64,000 nucleotides of DNA from Sulfolobaceae archaeon (GCA_038893355.1 JAWARQ010000001.1:160001-224000); one strand, 5' to 3'. Shown: positions 20,870 through 34,227, counted from the first letter of the stretch. Numbers and translations are program-made. Notes: generated by a model not told the origin, from the letters alone.

Positions 20870-23800
20870 TTATCCAGAATAATACCGCTTAGTACCAGAT
20901 ATGATCCAAGAGAAGTAGAAAAGGAAATATTAAAGTATTGGAGTGAAAATGATATATATAATAAGCTAAAGGAGTATAATTCAACATTTTCCCGAAAGTT
21001 TTTATTTATAGACGGTCCACCATATCCCTCTTCACCAGTTCCACATATAGGTACAGTATGGAATAAAGTAATAAAAGACGCAATATTAAGGTATAAAAGG
21101 CTTGAAGGTTATAGAGTACATGATCAACCAGGTTATGATACGCATGGTCTTCCAATTGAAGTTGCCGTCGAAAAATTATATAATATAAAAAATAAACAAG
21201 AAATATATAATAAGATTACTTTAGAAAATTTCATAGAAAAATGTAAAGAATTCGCCCTTAAGAATGCTAAATCGTTAACGGAAAGCTTTAAGGATGTTGG
21301 AGTATTCATGGACTGGGATAATCCTTATTACACCTTTGATAGGGACTACATTAGCAGTTCTTGGTATATAATTAAAAGGGCTTATGAAAGAGGATTATTA
21401 GAAGTTGGAGAGGAGGTATTACATTGGTGTCCACGATGTGAAACTGTATTAGCTGATTATGAGGTATCTGAATATAGAGAAATACAAGATCCATCGATAT
21501 ATGTTAAATTTAAGATTAAAGGTACAGAGAATAAATACTTATTAATTTGGACTACAACTCCTTGGACGATTCCAGCTAATGTCTTTGTAATGATAAATGC
21601 TAATGTGGATTATGCCGAAGTTAAAGTTGGGAATGAAATTTATGTAGTAGCAGCAAATAGAGTTAATGAATTATTTAAAGAATTAGGAATTCAGGACTAT
21701 AAAGTATTAAGAGTTTTTAATGGTTCTGAACTAATTGGTGTTAAGTATGAGCATCCATTAGAAGATATAGTTACAGCACAGCAGAAAGTTAAAGAATTTC
21801 ATAAGGTATTAGATGCAGGAAATCTAGTTTCTACTTATGAAGGCACTGGACTAGTACATGCAGCACCAGGACATGGTGATGTTGATTTTCAAATAGGAAT
21901 TAGAAATGAAATGCCAATAATCATGTTAGTTGATGACCAGGGTAGATTTACTGAAGATGCAGGAAAGTATAAGGGAATTTACGTAAGAGATGCTTCAGAA
22001 ATAATAATAGAAGACCTTAAAGGAAGAAATGCAATATTATATTCCTCTACAATAATTCACAGATATCCGGTATGTTGGAGATGTAAAACACCCTTAATAT
22101 TAAGATCAGTAAAGCAGTGGTTCATAAGGGTTACGAGGTTAAAGAAAGAACTATTAGATGCTATAAATAAAGTAAAATGGATACCAGATTGGGGTAAGAG
22201 TAGAATAGAGAATTTAGTGAAGGAATTAAGGGACTGGGTAATTAGTAGACAGAGGTTTTGGGGGACTCCGTTACCAATTTGGATTTGTAACAAATGTGGT
22301 AACATTATAGTAGTTGGAAGTATTGATGAATTACATAAGCTATCACTTACTGAAGTTCCAGAAGATCCACATAAACCATGGATAGATGAAGTTATATTAA
22401 GGTGTCCTAAATGTGGAGGAGAAGCAAGGAGAATACCAGATGTTGCAGATGTTTGGTTTGATAGTGGTGTAGCATTTTTTGCATCTTTTGGTAAGGAGTG
22501 GGTTAAAAAATGGCAAGAATTAAAGCCAGTTGATCTTGTGCTTGAAGGTCATGATCAGCTAAGGGGATGGTTCTTTAGTTTACTAAGAACTGCAATCATA
22601 GGATTTGATCAACCCCCATATACTACTGTGTTAGTTCATGGTTTTATGCTTGATGAACAAGGACGAGAAATGCATAAGAGTTTAGGTAATTATGTAGAAC
22701 CTTCAGCAGTTATAGAAAAGTATGGTAGGGATGTACTAAGATTATGGCTTTTAAGGAATACTACATGGGAAGATGCTAAGTTTTCATGGAAGAATATAGA
22801 GTTAACTAAAAGAGATTTACAAATAGTATGGAATGTATATAATTTTGCCTCAACGTATATGAGTTTAGATAATTTCGATCCTACACAAATTAATGAAAAT
22901 GATATTAAAAGATACTTGACCATAGAAGATAAATGGATATTATCAAGGTTTTACTCGCTGCTAAGAAAGGTATATAAGGCTATGGAAGATTATAAGATTC
23001 ATGAACTTGCTAATAATATTTATAATTTTATTATCGCAGATGTGAGTAGATTTTATCTTAGAATAGTAAGGAAAAGGGCCTGGATAGAAGAAAACACCCC
23101 AGATAAGTTAGCACTATACTATACTCTTTATAAAATACTAAGAGATTGGATAATTGTAGCTTCGGTAGTAACTCCGTTTATTGCAGAAAAGATCTATTCG
23201 CAGTTTGTCGTTAATAGAAAACTCTCAGTATCTATGGAGAGTTTGCCTAGAATCGATGAAGAGTTTATAAATTCAGAGCTTGAAGAAGTTATGGAATTAA
23301 TAAAGAGAATATTAGAAGTTTCCTTAAACGTTAGATCAAAAGCCGGCATTAAATTACGTTGGCCTTTAAAAAAGATAGTTATATTTCTAAAAGATGATAA
23401 GTATATTAGAAAATTATCTGACATGAAAGATTTGCTGAAAACTATTTTAAATTGTAAAGAAGTAGAAATATTAGGAATTGAAGGGTATAAATTATTCGGA
23501 AGGATAAGGGCACAACCAAACCCATCAACAATAGGGCCCGATTTTAAAAGGCTTAGTAAGGATGTTATAGAGTATATATTAGCAAATTCATATACCGTTG
23601 CAGAAGATATTACAAGTAAGTCATATCATAAAACTATTATTAGTGGTAATGAAGTAACTATATTACCTAAACATGTTGATATCATTGAAGAACCAATAGA
23701 AGGGTATGTAACATCACGCGATGAATTTGGAGGTATTGCAATAAATAAGGAAATTTCAGAAGAAGAGGAGGAAGAGGGTATAGTGAGAGATATAATAAGG

Positions 23801-24028
23801 CGAATACAATTAATGAGAAAGATGCTGAATTTAAATGTTACAGATTACATAGTAGTTAGCATAAAATTACCAGTAGAAAGGCGTAATGTTTTAAATAAAT
23901 ACGCAGATTACATTAGGAATGAAGTAAGGGCGATAAATATAGAATATAAGGAGGATGTAAAGGGCGATTTAGTAAGAAATTGGGAAATTGAAGGGGAGGA
24001 ATACGTTATAGGAATAAGTAAATCTTAA
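20870..24028 (+). CDS. ileS: Isoleucyl-tRNA synthetase; start non-canonical
   Basis: Frame open from 20864 with HIGH region [27 protein letters not shown]; ORF-track start 21308 omits the HIGH motif. Confidence 0.95.
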   Translation, partial: LSRIIPLSTRYDPREVEKEILKYWSENDIYNKLKEYNSTFSRKFLFIDGPPYPSSPVPHIGTVWNKVIKDAILRYKRLEGYRVHDQPGYDTHGLPIEVAVEKLYNIKNKQEIYNKITLENFIEKCKEFALKNAKSLTESFKDVGVFMDWDNPYYTFDRDYISSSWYIIKRAYERGLLEVGEEVLHWCPRCETVLADYEVSEYREIQDPSIYVKFKIKGTENKYLLIWTTTPWTIPANVFVMINANVDYAEVKVGNEIYVVAANRVNELFKELGIQDYKVLRVFNGSELIGVKYEHPLEDIVTAQQKVKEFHKVLDAGNLVSTYEGTGLVHAAPGHGDVDFQIGIRNEMPIIMLVDDQGRFTEDAGKYKGIYVRDASEIIIEDLKGRNAILYSSTIIHRYPVCWRCKTPLILRSVKQWFIRVTRLKKELLDAINKVKWIPDWGKSRIENLVKELRDWVISRQRFWGTPLPIWICNKCGNIIVVGSIDELHKLSLTEVPEDPHKPWIDEVILRCPKCGGEARRIPDVADVWFDSGVAFFASFGKEWVKKWQELKPVDLVLEGHDQLRGWFFSLLRTAIIGFDQPPYTTVLVHGFMLDEQGREMHKSLGNYVEPSAVIEKYGRDVLRLWLLRNTTWEDAKFSWKNIELTKRDLQIVWNVYNFASTYMSLDNFDPTQINENDIKRYLTIEDKWILSRFYSLLRKVYKAMEDYKIHELANNIYNFIIADVSRFYLRIVRKRAWIEENTPDKLALYYTLYKILRDWIIVASVVTPFIAEKIYSQFVVNRKLSVSMESLPRIDEEFINSELEEVMELIKRILEVSLNVRSKAGIKLRWPLKKIVIFLKDDKYIRKLSDMKDLLKTILNCKEVEILGIEGYKLFGRIRAQPNPSTIGPDFKRLSKDVIEYILANSYTVAEDITSKSYHKTIISGNEVTILPKHVDIIEEPIEGYVTSRDEFGGIAINKEISEEEEEEGIVRDIIRRIQLMRKMLNLNVTDYIVVSIKLPVERRNVLNKYADYIRNEVRAINIEYKEDVKGDLVRNWEIEGEEYVIGISKS

Positions 24029-24029
24029 A

Positions 24030-24791
24030 ATGTTTCCATATCCTAGAAGTAAAAGTTTTGATGTAATTTTATTTCCGGCTATATTTAATGTAGAAAATAC
24101 TTTAAGAGAAATAACTATTAAAACTTCTTTTCTAGTCCGAATACTTACTAATGCAAGGGTTACTAATCTTTACTGGGTTTTACAATCTAAAAACGATGAA
24201 AAAGTTATTAAAGTAGTTAATTCTATTATAAAATATGCATTAACTCCACCTTATCTGAAAAAATATATAAAATTAAATAAAAATTTGAAATATGTAGGAT
24301 TATTAGATCCTGTAAATACACCTTATCATGTAGTTAGTAAGGATTTAATAGAAGGAGAGTTAAGAATGGGGATTAGAAAAAACGATTTTATAGATATTGG
24401 TACTAATTTTCCAATTAAAATAAAAAATGGCAAATTTTTCTTAATAGTAGATAGTAATACTAATTATATTATAAAATATTATAATATATATTATAAAGGA
24501 TTTAATATAAAACATTGTAATATAGATGATTTAAAAAAATTTAGGAATTTAATTATAGGTAGTAGAAATGGTAAAGATCCTATAAAGGAAGCTGAAAAGA
24601 TTAGAAAAATGTATAGAGAGAATGGTATAAGACTCTTAATAGGACCACCGGATAAGGGATGTATTGAGATTTTAGGTGAATGGGCATTAGAAAATGCTTA
24701 TAACTTTTTTCCATATCAAGGCAATAAAGATGTAAGGTCTGAAGAAGCATTAGCTTATGCATTAGCTATACTTAATGCTATTTTAAGTTAA
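24030..24791 (+). CDS. SPOUT RNA methyltransferase (DUF171-like)
   Basis: TPPYLKK, NFFPYQG..DVRSEEA; conserved position before rpl3. Confidence 0.85.
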   Translation: MFPYPRSKSFDVILFPAIFNVENTLREITIKTSFLVRILTNARVTNLYWVLQSKNDEKVIKVVNSIIKYALTPPYLKKYIKLNKNLKYVGLLDPVNTPYHVVSKDLIEGELRMGIRKNDFIDIGTNFPIKIKNGKFFLIVDSNTNYIIKYYNIYYKGFNIKHCNIDDLKKFRNLIIGSRNGKDPIKEAEKIRKMYRENGIRLLIGPPDKGCIEILGEWALENAYNFFPYQGNKDVRSEEALAYALAILNAILS

Positions 24792-24849
24792 CCAGTAGAT
24801 TTATATCCTAAGTTTATAATTGTAAAAGTACGATTGTGAGGTAATCAAA

Positions 24850-25875
24850 GTGGGTCATCGTAAGCTCTCATCGCCTCGTAGAGGTTCATCAGGTCTTAGG
24901 CCTAGAAAACGTGCAAAAAAGATAATACCAACTGTAAAAAGTTGGCCAATAGTTAGCTTAGAGAAACCAACTCTTTTAGGTTTTTTAGGCTATAAAGTTG
25001 GGATGACTCATGTAATTATGATCGATGATTATCCTAATTCTCCGAATTATAATAAAGAAGTTTTCAGGGCAGTAACAGTAATTGAAACGCCACCAGTTAT
25101 ACCCTTAGCATTAAGAGCATACCATATTAATTCTAAAGGCGAACTTTCAGTACTAAGTGAGTACTGGATACAGCCACCTAAGGAATTAGAATTAGAAAGA
25201 AGAATAAAGAGAATAAATATAAATCCTGATGCTATGAAAAAGAAACTAGATGATATAATTTCAAATTTAAATAATATTAAGTACTTTAAAGTATTAATCG
25301 CATCACAGCCTAAACTAATTCCTGCATTAGGTAAAAAAACTCCTGACCTATTAGAAGTAAAGGTTGATGGCGGAGATTTAAAATCACAATTGGATTATAT
25401 TTTAAATATTCTAGGTAAACCATTAAGTATTAGGGAAGTCTTTAGAGAAGGTCAGTTCATAGATATTATAGGAGTTACTAAGGGTAAAGGTTTCCAAGGT
25501 GTAATAAAGAGGTTTGGAGTTCAAGAATTACCACGATGGCATAAGCATAGAAAAGGTAGTAGAAAGGTGGGTGCTAAAGGTCCATCAATCGGAACGCCGA
25601 GCTATGTTCCTCAACCTGGACAGATGGGTTTTCATAGAAGAACTGAGTATAATAAGCGAATTTTAAAAATTTCTGATAATCCTAACGAAATAAATCCTAA
25701 AGGGGGATTCATTAGATACGGATTAGTTAAAAATACCTATATCATTATCGAAGGTTCTACAATTGGTTCTAAAAAGAGACCATTAGTATTAAGATATCCT
25801 ATAAGGCCAGTTCCATTTAATATAAATACTTCACCAAAAATAGTTTATATTAATCTAGAAAGTCAACAAGGGTGA
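24850..25875 (+). CDS. rpl3: 50S ribosomal protein L3
   Basis: GYKVGMTH, GQMGFHRRTE. Confidence 0.97.
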   Translation: MGHRKLSSPRRGSSGLRPRKRAKKIIPTVKSWPIVSLEKPTLLGFLGYKVGMTHVIMIDDYPNSPNYNKEVFRAVTVIETPPVIPLALRAYHINSKGELSVLSEYWIQPPKELELERRIKRININPDAMKKKLDDIISNLNNIKYFKVLIASQPKLIPALGKKTPDLLEVKVDGGDLKSQLDYILNILGKPLSIREVFREGQFIDIIGVTKGKGFQGVIKRFGVQELPRWHKHRKGSRKVGAKGPSIGTPSYVPQPGQMGFHRRTEYNKRILKISDNPNEINPKGGFIRYGLVKNTYIIIEGSTIGSKKRPLVLRYPIRPVPFNINTSPKIVYINLESQQG

Positions 25876-25879
25876 TTAA

Positions 25880-26683
25880 ATGTATATTCAATTAACCCAA
25901 AAAACTGCTAAGGTGCTTAGCTTAGAGGGTAATATAATAAAAGAAATTAAATTACCATTAATTTTCAGTTATCCTGTTAGGAAAGATTTAATAAGAAGGG
26001 CATATCTATCATCATTTACTAAACAACTTCAACCTAAAGGAAGAGATCCAATGGCAGGTAAGAGAACAACTGCAGTCAGCTTTGGTATAAATCTTGGACT
26101 AGCTAGAGTTCCTAGAGTTAAGAACTCTGGAGAAGCTGCATTAGCTCCGAATACTGTAGGTGGAAGACTAGCATTTCCACCAACACCAGAAAAGAGAATA
26201 ATTGAGGAAATTAATAAGAAAGAAATGCAACTTGCAATAATTAGTGCTATTAGTGCTACTGCTGAGGTGAACTTTGTAAGACAAAGAGGACATAGGTTCT
26301 CCATAGATTCACTTCCCATAATAGTTGAAGACAATTTCATAAATCTTCAAAAAACAAAAGATGTAAAGGAAGTTTTAATAAAATTAGGCGTTTATGAGGA
26401 TATTGAAAGAGTGATGGAGAGAATAAGGATAAGGGCTGGAAAAGGTAAAATGAGAGGAAGGAGGTACAAAGTTCCTAAAGGTCCACTAATAGTTGTTCAT
26501 GATTCTAAGTCTAAGATAATAGATGCAGCTAGAAATTTACCTGGCGTTGATGTAGTTGATGCAAAATTACTTTCTGTTATTCATTTAGCTCCAGGTACAC
26601 ATCCAGGGAGGCTCACAATTTATACTGAATCTTCAATAAATATTCTGAAAGAAAGGTTAGAGAAGAGGTTATTATTATGGTAG
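25880..26683 (+). CDS. rpl4: 50S ribosomal protein L4
   Basis: [22 protein letters not shown]. Confidence 0.97.
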   Translation: MYIQLTQKTAKVLSLEGNIIKEIKLPLIFSYPVRKDLIRRAYLSSFTKQLQPKGRDPMAGKRTTAVSFGINLGLARVPRVKNSGEAALAPNTVGGRLAFPPTPEKRIIEEINKKEMQLAIISAISATAEVNFVRQRGHRFSIDSLPIIVEDNFINLQKTKDVKEVLIKLGVYEDIERVMERIRIRAGKGKMRGRRYKVPKGPLIVVHDSKSKIIDAARNLPGVDVVDAKLLSVIHLAPGTHPGRLTIYTESSINILKERLEKRLLLW

Positions 26684-26931
26684 GTATAATAAAAGAAGTT
26701 TTAGCTACAGAAAAAGCGATAATGTTAGCGGAGAAGAGTAATGTAATAACTTTAATAGTTGATAGAAAAGCTACTAAAAAGGACATAAAGAATGAAGTAG
26801 AGAAGACATTTGGTGTCAAAGTAATTAAGGTTAATACATTAATAACACCTCAAGGGGAAAAGAAAGCATATGTTAAATTAGCTAAAGATTATAAGGCATC
26901 GGAATTGCTTGTAAAATTGAAAATATTATAA
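26677..26931 (+). CDS. rpl23: 50S ribosomal protein L23
   Basis: [17 protein letters not shown]. Confidence 0.95.
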   Translation: MVGIIKEVLATEKAIMLAEKSNVITLIVDRKATKKDIKNEVEKTFGVKVIKVNTLITPQGEKKAYVKLAKDYKASELLVKLKIL

Positions 26932-26940
26932 GGTGAGAAG

Positions 26941-27657
26941 ATGGGTAAAAGGATTTTAGCCCAAAGAAAGGGAAGAGGTAATATTAACTTTAGAAGCCCA
27001 AGCTGGAGGAGAGTAGGAGAAATAAAATATCCTAATATAGAAGGATATCATGTAGGTAAAATAATAAACATAATTAAAAATTCTGGAATGACGCAACCAA
27101 TAGCTGTAATTAAGTTAGATAATGGTGAGAAGTTTTTTAACGTCGCAGTACAAGGATTAGTTGTAGGTCAAAAAATAGAATTTGGAGCAAATGCTGGGAT
27201 ATCACTTGGAAATATAGTAGAGGTCGGAAATGTACCAGAGGGAACTAATGTTTGTAATGTGGAGATAACTTATGGGGATGGTGGTAAGATAGCTAGGGCT
27301 GCAGGAACATATGCAGTAGTAATAGGTAAATCGGGTGATAAGGTTATTTTAAGATTACCTTCTGGAAAGATAAAGGAAGTAAGTAGTAAAGCAAGAGCAA
27401 CTATTGGAATTGTTGCAGGCGGAGGAGTCTTAAGCAAACCATTACTCAAGGCTGGAAATGCTTATTGGAAGTATAAGTGGAGAGCAGTAAAATGGCCAGA
27501 AGTAAGAGGAGTTGCAATGAATGCAGTATCACATCCTCATGGTGGCGGAGCTCATCAAAGTGTTAGTAGATCTTCAACAGTATCAAGAAATGCACCACCA
27601 GGCAGAAAAGTAGGTCATATAGCTTCAAGAAGGACTGGGAGGAAAGAAGGAAAGTGA
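26941..27657 (+). CDS. rpl2: 50S ribosomal protein L2
   Basis: [16 protein letters not shown]. Confidence 0.97.
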   Translation: MGKRILAQRKGRGNINFRSPSWRRVGEIKYPNIEGYHVGKIINIIKNSGMTQPIAVIKLDNGEKFFNVAVQGLVVGQKIEFGANAGISLGNIVEVGNVPEGTNVCNVEITYGDGGKIARAAGTYAVVIGKSGDKVILRLPSGKIKEVSSKARATIGIVAGGGVLSKPLLKAGNAYWKYKWRAVKWPEVRGVAMNAVSHPHGGGAHQSVSRSSTVSRNAPPGRKVGHIASRRTGRKEGK

Positions 27658-27695
27658 GATTTAAGTAATCCTTTCATTAATAATAGGTGATTAGA

Positions 27696-28118
27696 ATGAG
27701 TATAGAATTTCCTCCTGAATGGAAAAATTTTAGGTATAGGGGCAAAACATTAGAGGAATTACTTAATATGCCAATGGATGAATTTATAAAGTTATTACCA
27801 GCTAGGCAAAGAAGGTCTTTAAAAAGAGGTTTTAATGACCGGCAAAGAACTTTATTAGAGAAGATTAGGAAAATTAGAAGAGAGGGTAAAATAAATAAGG
27901 TAATAAAAACACATGTAAGAGATATGATTATACTTCCAGAAATGGTTGGTTTAAAATTTGCAGTATATAATGGAAAAGAATTTATTGAATTCCAAGTACA
28001 ACCAGAAATGATAGGTCACTATTTAGGAGAGTTTTCAATAACAACAAAGAAAGTTGAGCATGGTGAACCAGGGTTAAAAGCTACGAAGTCAAGTCTCTAC
28101 TTGGCACTGAAAGGGTGA
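27696..28118 (+). CDS. rps19: 30S ribosomal protein S19
   Basis: [11 protein letters not shown]. Confidence 0.96.
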   Translation: MSIEFPPEWKNFRYRGKTLEELLNMPMDEFIKLLPARQRRSLKRGFNDRQRTLLEKIRKIRREGKINKVIKTHVRDMIILPEMVGLKFAVYNGKEFIEFQVQPEMIGHYLGEFSITTKKVEHGEPGLKATKSSLYLALKG

Positions 28119-28122
28119 AAAA

Positions 28123-28593
28123 ATGGGAGATTGGATTTACCCACAAGTTCCATATCCGGAAGATAGAATTTCTAAGGCAGTAATATATAATGTAAGGGCA
28201 TCAATTAAGGATTTATATAATGTATGTAAGGCAATAAAAAATATGAAATTAAGTGATGCAAAAAATTTTTTAAATAGGGTTTTAAAACATGAGGAAGCTT
28301 TACCTTTCTGGAGATATTCAAGTGGGGCTAGTCATAAAAGCAATATATCTAAAAAATGGAAGGTGAAAAGTGGAAGATATCCTAAAAATGCGATAGAATA
28401 TGTATTAAAAGTGTTAGAAAATGCAGAGGCTAATGCAATTAATAAGGGCTTAGATATAGATAGGCTTAAAATAATTCATATTGCTGCCCACAAAGGTATT
28501 ACGTTAAAAAGATATATGCCTAGGGCATTTGGTAGGTCTACTAGAAAGTATAGAAGAACTTCAAACATAGAAGTAATCTTAGCTGAGGTGTGA
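28123..28593 (+). CDS. rpl22: 50S ribosomal protein L22
   Basis: [13 protein letters not shown]. Confidence 0.96.
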   Translation: MGDWIYPQVPYPEDRISKAVIYNVRASIKDLYNVCKAIKNMKLSDAKNFLNRVLKHEEALPFWRYSSGASHKSNISKKWKVKSGRYPKNAIEYVLKVLENAEANAINKGLDIDRLKIIHIAAHKGITLKRYMPRAFGRSTRKYRRTSNIEVILAEV

Positions 28594-28595
28594 AT

Positions 28596-29279
28596 TTGGT
28601 AGATATAAAAAGGTACTTCTTACAGAAATCACTGACTAGAACTATGATTGATGAATATTTAGCAAAACAGTTTTATAGTGCAGAGTATGCTGGAGTTGAA
28701 ATTATTAGGACACCGATGGGTAATAGGGTAATAATTTATGCTGGTAGACCGGCCATGATTATAGGAAAAGGCGGAAAGACGATAAAGCAACTTGCATTAA
28801 TTTTTGAAAAGTTTTTTGGGCTTGAAAATCCACAAATTACAGTTACCACAGTAGAAAACCCAGAATTAAATGCAAGAGTAATGGCATTTAGATTAGCCTC
28901 TGCGCTTGAGAAAGGATATCATTTTAGAAGGGCTATGTTTATTACGTTAAGGAGGATTATGAATGCTGGTGCGCTTGGGGCTGAGGTTGTGGTTAGTGGT
29001 AAATTAACTTCAGAAAGGGCAAGGTATGAAAAGCTAAAGGAAGGTACGGTTTTTAAGAGTGGACAACATTTAGAATATAATATTGATAGGGCAGTGGCTA
29101 TTGCAATGCTAAAACCTGGAGTATATGGTGTTGAAGTAATTATTTCAAAACCAATAAAGAAGGTTGATAGTATTAAAATTAGGGAACAACCTATAACTAC
29201 TACAGCTCAACCTCCTCCCTCTGAGGTTGTTGTCACTAACGTAAAATTTATCGATGAAGGTGGTCAAGGTGCCTCTTAA
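28596..29279 (+). CDS. rps3: 30S ribosomal protein S3
   Basis: KH motif [15 protein letters not shown]. Confidence 0.96.
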   Translation: MVDIKRYFLQKSLTRTMIDEYLAKQFYSAEYAGVEIIRTPMGNRVIIYAGRPAMIIGKGGKTIKQLALIFEKFFGLENPQITVTTVENPELNARVMAFRLASALEKGYHFRRAMFITLRRIMNAGALGAEVVVSGKLTSERARYEKLKEGTVFKSGQHLEYNIDRAVAIAMLKPGVYGVEVIISKPIKKVDSIKIREQPITTTAQPPPSEVVVTNVKFIDEGGQGAS

Positions 29280-29490
29280 AGCTGAAGAATTAAGAAAGTT
29301 AGACATTCAAGAATTAAAGAAGAAGTTAGAAGAATTAAGGGTTGAGTTAATACGATTAAGAAGTGAAGCTAGAAGAGGTACTTTAAAAAATACTGCAAGT
29401 ATAAGGAATGTTAGAAAAGATATAGCAAGAATACTTACTGTTATTTCTGAAAAACGAAAGCAAGTAAAAGTGAATAATAAAAATGGTTAA
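29269..29490 (+). CDS. rpl29: 50S ribosomal protein L29
   Basis: [13 protein letters not shown]. Confidence 0.95.
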   Translation: MPLKAEELRKLDIQELKKKLEELRVELIRLRSEARRGTLKNTASIRNVRKDIARILTVISEKRKQVKVNNKNG

Positions 29491-29752
29491 ATTAATAGAT
29501 TTTATTGGTTGTTATATTAAAGTTCTATGTCATTCTGATCCAAATTTGATAGGAAAAGAAGGTTTTGTAATTTTAGAAACAAATAAAATGATAATTATAC
29601 AAGATATAGTTTCTAAAAAGAGAATAATGATATATAAGAGGAACGGAATTTATGAGGTAAATTTTAAAGGTAAAGTGGGTATTATTTACGGTCATAAAAT
29701 GGAGAGTAAAATTGCAAAGAGAATTTCTAAAAAGAAGGTGTTTAAGTTATGA
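29483..29752 (+). CDS. rnp1: RNase P subunit Rpp29/Pop4
   Basis: FIG...HSDP.LIGKEG.VI.ET; position in operon. Confidence 0.85.
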   Translation: MVKLIDFIGCYIKVLCHSDPNLIGKEGFVILETNKMIIIQDIVSKKRIMIYKRNGIYEVNFKGKVGIIYGHKMESKIAKRISKKKVFKL

Positions 29753-30096
29753 GTAAAGCTCGTGTAAAAGATGTTGGAATTCCAGGAGTTAAACCACCGT
29801 CAAAGCTCTGTCAAGATGAAAATTGTCCATTTCATGGATCACTAAGGGTAAGAGGAATTATACTTGAAGGTATACTAATAAAGTATAGAGCACAAAAATC
29901 TGGAGTCGTAGAGAGAACGTATTTATTTTATGATAAAAAATATAAAAGGTATGAAAGAAGAAGGAGTAGAATTCATGTTCATATTCCACCATGCCTTGAT
30001 GTAAAGGAAGGAGATAGAGTAATAATAGGTGAAACAAGACCTATAGCAAAATCTATATCCTTTGTTGTACTAGGGAAAATAGAAGGAGGTGGATAG
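29749..30096 (+). CDS. rps17: 30S ribosomal protein S17
   Basis: [13 protein letters not shown]. Confidence 0.96.
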   Translation: MSKARVKDVGIPGVKPPSKLCQDENCPFHGSLRVRGIILEGILIKYRAQKSGVVERTYLFYDKKYKRYERRRSRIHVHIPPCLDVKEGDRVIIGETRPIAKSISFVVLGKIEGGG

Positions 30097-30098
30097 TA

Positions 30099-30515
30099 AT
30101 TCCTGAAAAACTGCAGGTAATAGGCTCACGAAAAGGTCTAACACCAGGTATTCAAGTTAATACGAGGGTAGTTGTTGCTGATAATAGTGGTGGAAAGGAG
30201 GCTGCAGTAATTGGAGTTTATGGTTATAAAGGTGTTCTTAGAAGAGTACCATTTGCAAATGTAGGGGACTTAGTTATGGTTTCTGTAAAGAAGGGAACGC
30301 CAGAAGTTAGGAAACAGAAGTTTAAGGCAGTAATTATAAGGCAGAGAATGCCATATAGGAGACCAGATGGTACATGGATAGCTTTTGAAGATAATGCAGT
30401 AGTAATAGTAAATCCAGATGGTACACCTAAGGGTACGGAAATTCATGGACCAGTTGCAAAAGAGGCTGCAGAAAGATGGCCTAAAATAGCCAGTTTAGCT
30501 ACTCTCATAATATAA
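30099..30515 (+). CDS. rpl14: 50S ribosomal protein L14 (ATT start inferred)
   Basis: Frame upstream of 30276 reads (I)[26 protein letters not shown]; SD GGAGGTGG precedes ATT 30099. Confidence 0.93.
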   Translation: MPEKLQVIGSRKGLTPGIQVNTRVVVADNSGGKEAAVIGVYGYKGVLRRVPFANVGDLVMVSVKKGTPEVRKQKFKAVIIRQRMPYRRPDGTWIAFEDNAVVIVNPDGTPKGTEIHGPVAKEAAERWPKIASLATLII

Positions 30516-30531
30516 AATGAGGTAATGGAAA

Positions 30532-30933
30532 ATGGTGTCTTCAAAACCATCAAAACAAAGATTATTATTATATAATTTACCATATCATCAAAGGAAAAAG
30601 TTACTTACAGCAAGAGTCTCTGAAGAAATAGAAAAGGAATATGGGATTAAGAGAATTCCTATACGCACAGGCGATGTAGTAAGAGTAATGAGAGGAGACT
30701 ATAAGGGCAGTGAAGGAAAAGTAGTTAAAGTTGAAAGGAAAACTGGTAGGATTATGATAGAAGGAATAACGAGAAAACGTTCAGATGGTACTGATGTCTA
30801 TGTTAAGATTCATGCATCTAAAGTTATGATAATTAAGTTAGATACTAGTGATACTAAAAGGATGGAGGCTATAAAAAAGAAGGCAGAGTTAAGAAGAAAA
30901 TATCTTGAAACTATTAAAAAATCTGCAGAATAA
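30532..30933 (+). CDS. rpl24: 50S ribosomal protein L24
   Basis: SSKPSKQR, KOW GDVVRVMRG, IHASKV. Confidence 0.96.
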   Translation: MVSSKPSKQRLLLYNLPYHQRKKLLTARVSEEIEKEYGIKRIPIRTGDVVRVMRGDYKGSEGKVVKVERKTGRIMIEGITRKRSDGTDVYVKIHASKVMIIKLDTSDTKRMEAIKKKAELRRKYLETIKKSAE

Positions 30934-30945
30934 GGGTAAGGAATA

Positions 30946-31677
30946 ATGGCTCATATTACTAGGTTTGAGGCACCATTTTTTCTAGCAATAAGTAAAAAGG
31001 AGTATAAATGGACCGTTAGAGCATCTCCTGGACCTTATAAATTAAGTGAAAGTATTCCCTTAGCAATATTCTTAAGAGATTATCTTAAAATAGCTACCAC
31101 TTTACGTGAGGCTAGAAGAATAATAGCTGAACGTAAAGTGCTTGTAGATGGAAAGATAAGGACAGATTATAAATTTCCAGTAGGTAGGATGGCAGTAGTG
31201 TCTATTCCAGCGGTACATGAATACTATAGGGTTATTCCTCATCCGGTAAAATTCTTATGGCCTATAAAGATTACGTCAGAAGAGGCGAAATATAAGTATG
31301 TAAGGATAATGAATAAGACTATTGTTAAAGGGGGTCTGCTACAACTTAATTTAGAAGATGGTAGGAATATATTAGTACCAAAAGAGAAGTTCTCTGAATA
31401 TAACTTACCTACATTAACTACTTTAAAAATAGAATTACTAAGTCAAAATATTATTGATGTTTTTCCATTAAAGGAGGGGTCTTATGCAATAATAATAGGA
31501 GGTAAAAACGTGGGTATTCATGGAATTATAAAAAGTATACAATATGCTAAATATAAAAGAAAGAAATATAGTATAGTCACATTAGAAACAAAAGATAATA
31601 AGATTTATCAAACAAATTTAATTAATGTTATGTCAATAGGTAAAGAAAAATCGGATATGAGGTTAGAGTCTATATGA
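30946..31677 (+). CDS. rps4e: 30S ribosomal protein S4e
   Basis: [23 protein letters not shown]. Confidence 0.96.
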   Translation: MAHITRFEAPFFLAISKKEYKWTVRASPGPYKLSESIPLAIFLRDYLKIATTLREARRIIAERKVLVDGKIRTDYKFPVGRMAVVSIPAVHEYYRVIPHPVKFLWPIKITSEEAKYKYVRIMNKTIVKGGLLQLNLEDGRNILVPKEKFSEYNLPTLTTLKIELLSQNIIDVFPLKEGSYAIIIGGKNVGIHGIIKSIQYAKYKRKKYSIVTLETKDNKIYQTNLINVMSIGKEKSDMRLESI

Positions 31678-32201
31678 CTGAGGTCCAGAAACAGACTAAT
31701 ATAATGCGAAGAGTGATGTTAGACAAGGTTACAATTAATATTGGAGTTGGGGAGTCTGGGGAAAGATTGCAAAAAGCGTACAGGCTTTTAGAAGAAATAA
31801 CTGGTGCTAAGCCAGTATATACTATTGCTAAAAAGACAATAAAGGAGTTTGGAATAAGAAGGGGTCAACAGATAGGAGTTAAGGTTACGTTAAGGGGTAA
31901 GAAAGCAATTGAAATACTTAATAAGTTATTAGCAGCTGTGGATTACAGAATTAAGGCTTCTTCATTTGATAATTTTGGTAATGTGACATTTGGAATAGCG
32001 GAACATGTTACAATACCTGGTGCTAAATACGATCCAGATATAGGAATATTTGGGATGGATGTAGCGATAACTCTAAAGCGACCAGGTTATAGGGTTATGT
32101 GGAGAAGAAGAAAGAGGTCAAGAATTCCATTAAGACATAGAGTTACTAAAGAAGAGGCAATGGAATTTTTAAGGAGTAATTTTAATGTTAAAATAGTCTA
32201 G
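31674..32201 (+). CDS. rpl5: 50S ribosomal protein L5
   Basis: [22 protein letters not shown]. Confidence 0.96.
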   Translation: MTEVQKQTNIMRRVMLDKVTINIGVGESGERLQKAYRLLEEITGAKPVYTIAKKTIKEFGIRRGQQIGVKVTLRGKKAIEILNKLLAAVDYRIKASSFDNFGNVTFGIAEHVTIPGAKYDPDIGIFGMDVAITLKRPGYRVMWRRRKRSRIPLRHRVTKEEAMEFLRSNFNVKIV

Positions 32202-32209
32202 GTGATGAA

Positions 32210-32374
32210 ATGGGCAAATATAAACCGCCTGCTGAAAGGAAATATGGAAAAGGTACTCAAGTCTGTAAAAGATGTGGCAGTAGGGATTCTGTAATCCAAA
32301 AATATGGATTATATTTATGTAGGCAATGTTTTAGAGAAATTGCATATAGTCTTGGATTTAAAAAGTATATGTAA
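32210..32374 (+). CDS. rps14: 30S ribosomal protein S14 (not in ORF track)
   Basis: Hand translation [23 protein letters not shown]...LCRQCFRE, 54 aa. Confidence 0.95.
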   Translation: MGKYKPPAERKYGKGTQVCKRCGSRDSVIQKYGLYLCRQCFREIAYSLGFKKYM

Positions 32375-32384
32375 GTGACCTAAA

Positions 32385-32786
<402 letters not shown>

Positions 32787-32798
32787 GTGAGTTTTAAG

Positions 32799-33353
32799 AT
32801 GGTAAGGGCTATATTATTAAGAGAAGAAATAGAAATACCTAAAAATGTAAATGTAAGCATTGAGGGTAATATTATAAGGGTTAAAGGACCTAAGGGGGAA
32901 TTAAAAAGAGATTTAAGTATTCCGATTTCTAAGGGAATATTAGTAACATTGCAAGACCAAAAAATAATCCTGGAAGCGACTTTTGCAGATAGAAGAAAAA
33001 AAGCGTTGTTTTATACAACATTAGCTCATTTAAATAATATGATAGTTGGTGTAACTAAGGGATTTAGGTACTATTTAAAAATAATATATACTCATTTCCC
33101 GATTTCTGTAAAAGTTGTTGGAAATGAAGTTCAAATTTCAAATTTAATTGGAGAGAAAAATATTAGACGTGCAAAAATTGAAGAAGGTGTTAAAGTATCA
33201 GTAAAGGGTGACGAAGTAATTGTTGAGGGAATTGATCTTGAAAAGGTTGCATTAACTGCAGCAAGAATTGAACAAGCTACGAAGATAAGTGGATTTGACA
33301 GAAGGGTATTTTCAGATGGAATTTACATTTATAAGAAAGAGGTGATTTCATGA
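32799..33353 (+). CDS. rpl6: 50S ribosomal protein L6
   Basis: [18 protein letters not shown]. Confidence 0.96.
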   Translation: MVRAILLREEIEIPKNVNVSIEGNIIRVKGPKGELKRDLSIPISKGILVTLQDQKIILEATFADRRKKALFYTTLAHLNNMIVGVTKGFRYYLKIIYTHFPISVKVVGNEVQISNLIGEKNIRRAKIEEGVKVSVKGDEVIVEGIDLEKVALTAARIEQATKISGFDRRVFSDGIYIYKKEVIS

Positions 33354-33766
33354 ATAAATTAAAAAATTTAAATGAAAGGAAAAAAATCTTAAAAAAGATA
33401 TATTTAATAAAATTAAAATATAAATCAAAATTACCGGAGTTTCTCAGATATCATTGGGATAGATACTATAGATTAGAAAGGCAAGAAACATGGAGAAAGC
33501 CTAGGGGTAGAGATAATAAATCTAGACTTAAGCTTAAAGGTTATCCGCCAGTAGTAGATCCAGGGTACAGAAAGCCTAGATTCGTAAGATATTTACATCC
33601 ATCTGGACTTAAACCAGTACTCATAAGCTCGATTTCTGATTTAGAAAAGATTAAGGATAAAAAAGATGAGGTGATTGTATATATTTCTGGGAATATAGGA
33701 TTAAGGAAAAGATTAGAAATTTTAAATAAGGCGAATGAACTTGGAATTAAGATTGCAAATGGGTGA
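33350..33766 (+). CDS. rpl32e: 50S ribosomal protein L32e
   Basis: [15 protein letters not shown]. Confidence 0.95.
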   Translation: MNKLKNLNERKKILKKIYLIKLKYKSKLPEFLRYHWDRYYRLERQETWRKPRGRDNKSRLKLKGYPPVVDPGYRKPRFVRYLHPSGLKPVLISSISDLEKIKDKKDEVIVYISGNIGLRKRLEILNKANELGIKIANG

Positions 33767-33771
33767 AGATA

Positions 33772-34227
33772 ATGAGTGACTTAAAATTACAAAAGAGATT
33801 AGCAGCTCAAGTTGCAGGGGTGGGTATAAAAAGGGTAAAGATTCCTCCTGAATTTGCTGAAGAAGTTGAAGGTGAATTGACTAGAGAAGATATAAGAAAG
33901 TTAATAGAAGAAGGTAAGATAATAATTGAGCAGAAGAAAGGGAATTCTACGAGTAGGATAAAAATAAAAAGGCTTAAGAAAAGGAAGAAGAGTGAAGGCA
34001 AAGGTCATGGTAGCAGAAAGGGCAGTAAAAATGCTAGGGCTGATCTTCATTCACAATGGGTAAATAGGATTAGAAAGATTAGGAGATATTTGAAATATTT
34101 AAGAGATAGTGGAAAAATAGAACCTAAAATTTATAGAAAACTGTATAGAAGAGCAAAAGGTGGGGCTTTTAAGAGTCTAGCTGATGTTAAGTTAGAGCTA
34201 TTACAAATGGGTATAAAGGTGGAATAA
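33772..34227 (+). CDS. rpl19e: 50S ribosomal protein L19e
   Basis: QKRLAA, GHGSRKG, YRRAKGG. Confidence 0.95.
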   Translation: MSDLKLQKRLAAQVAGVGIKRVKIPPEFAEEVEGELTREDIRKLIEEGKIIIEQKKGNSTSRIKIKRLKKRKKSEGKGHGSRKGSKNARADLHSQWVNRIRKIRRYLKYLRDSGKIEPKIYRKLYRRAKGGAFKSLADVKLELLQMGIKVE

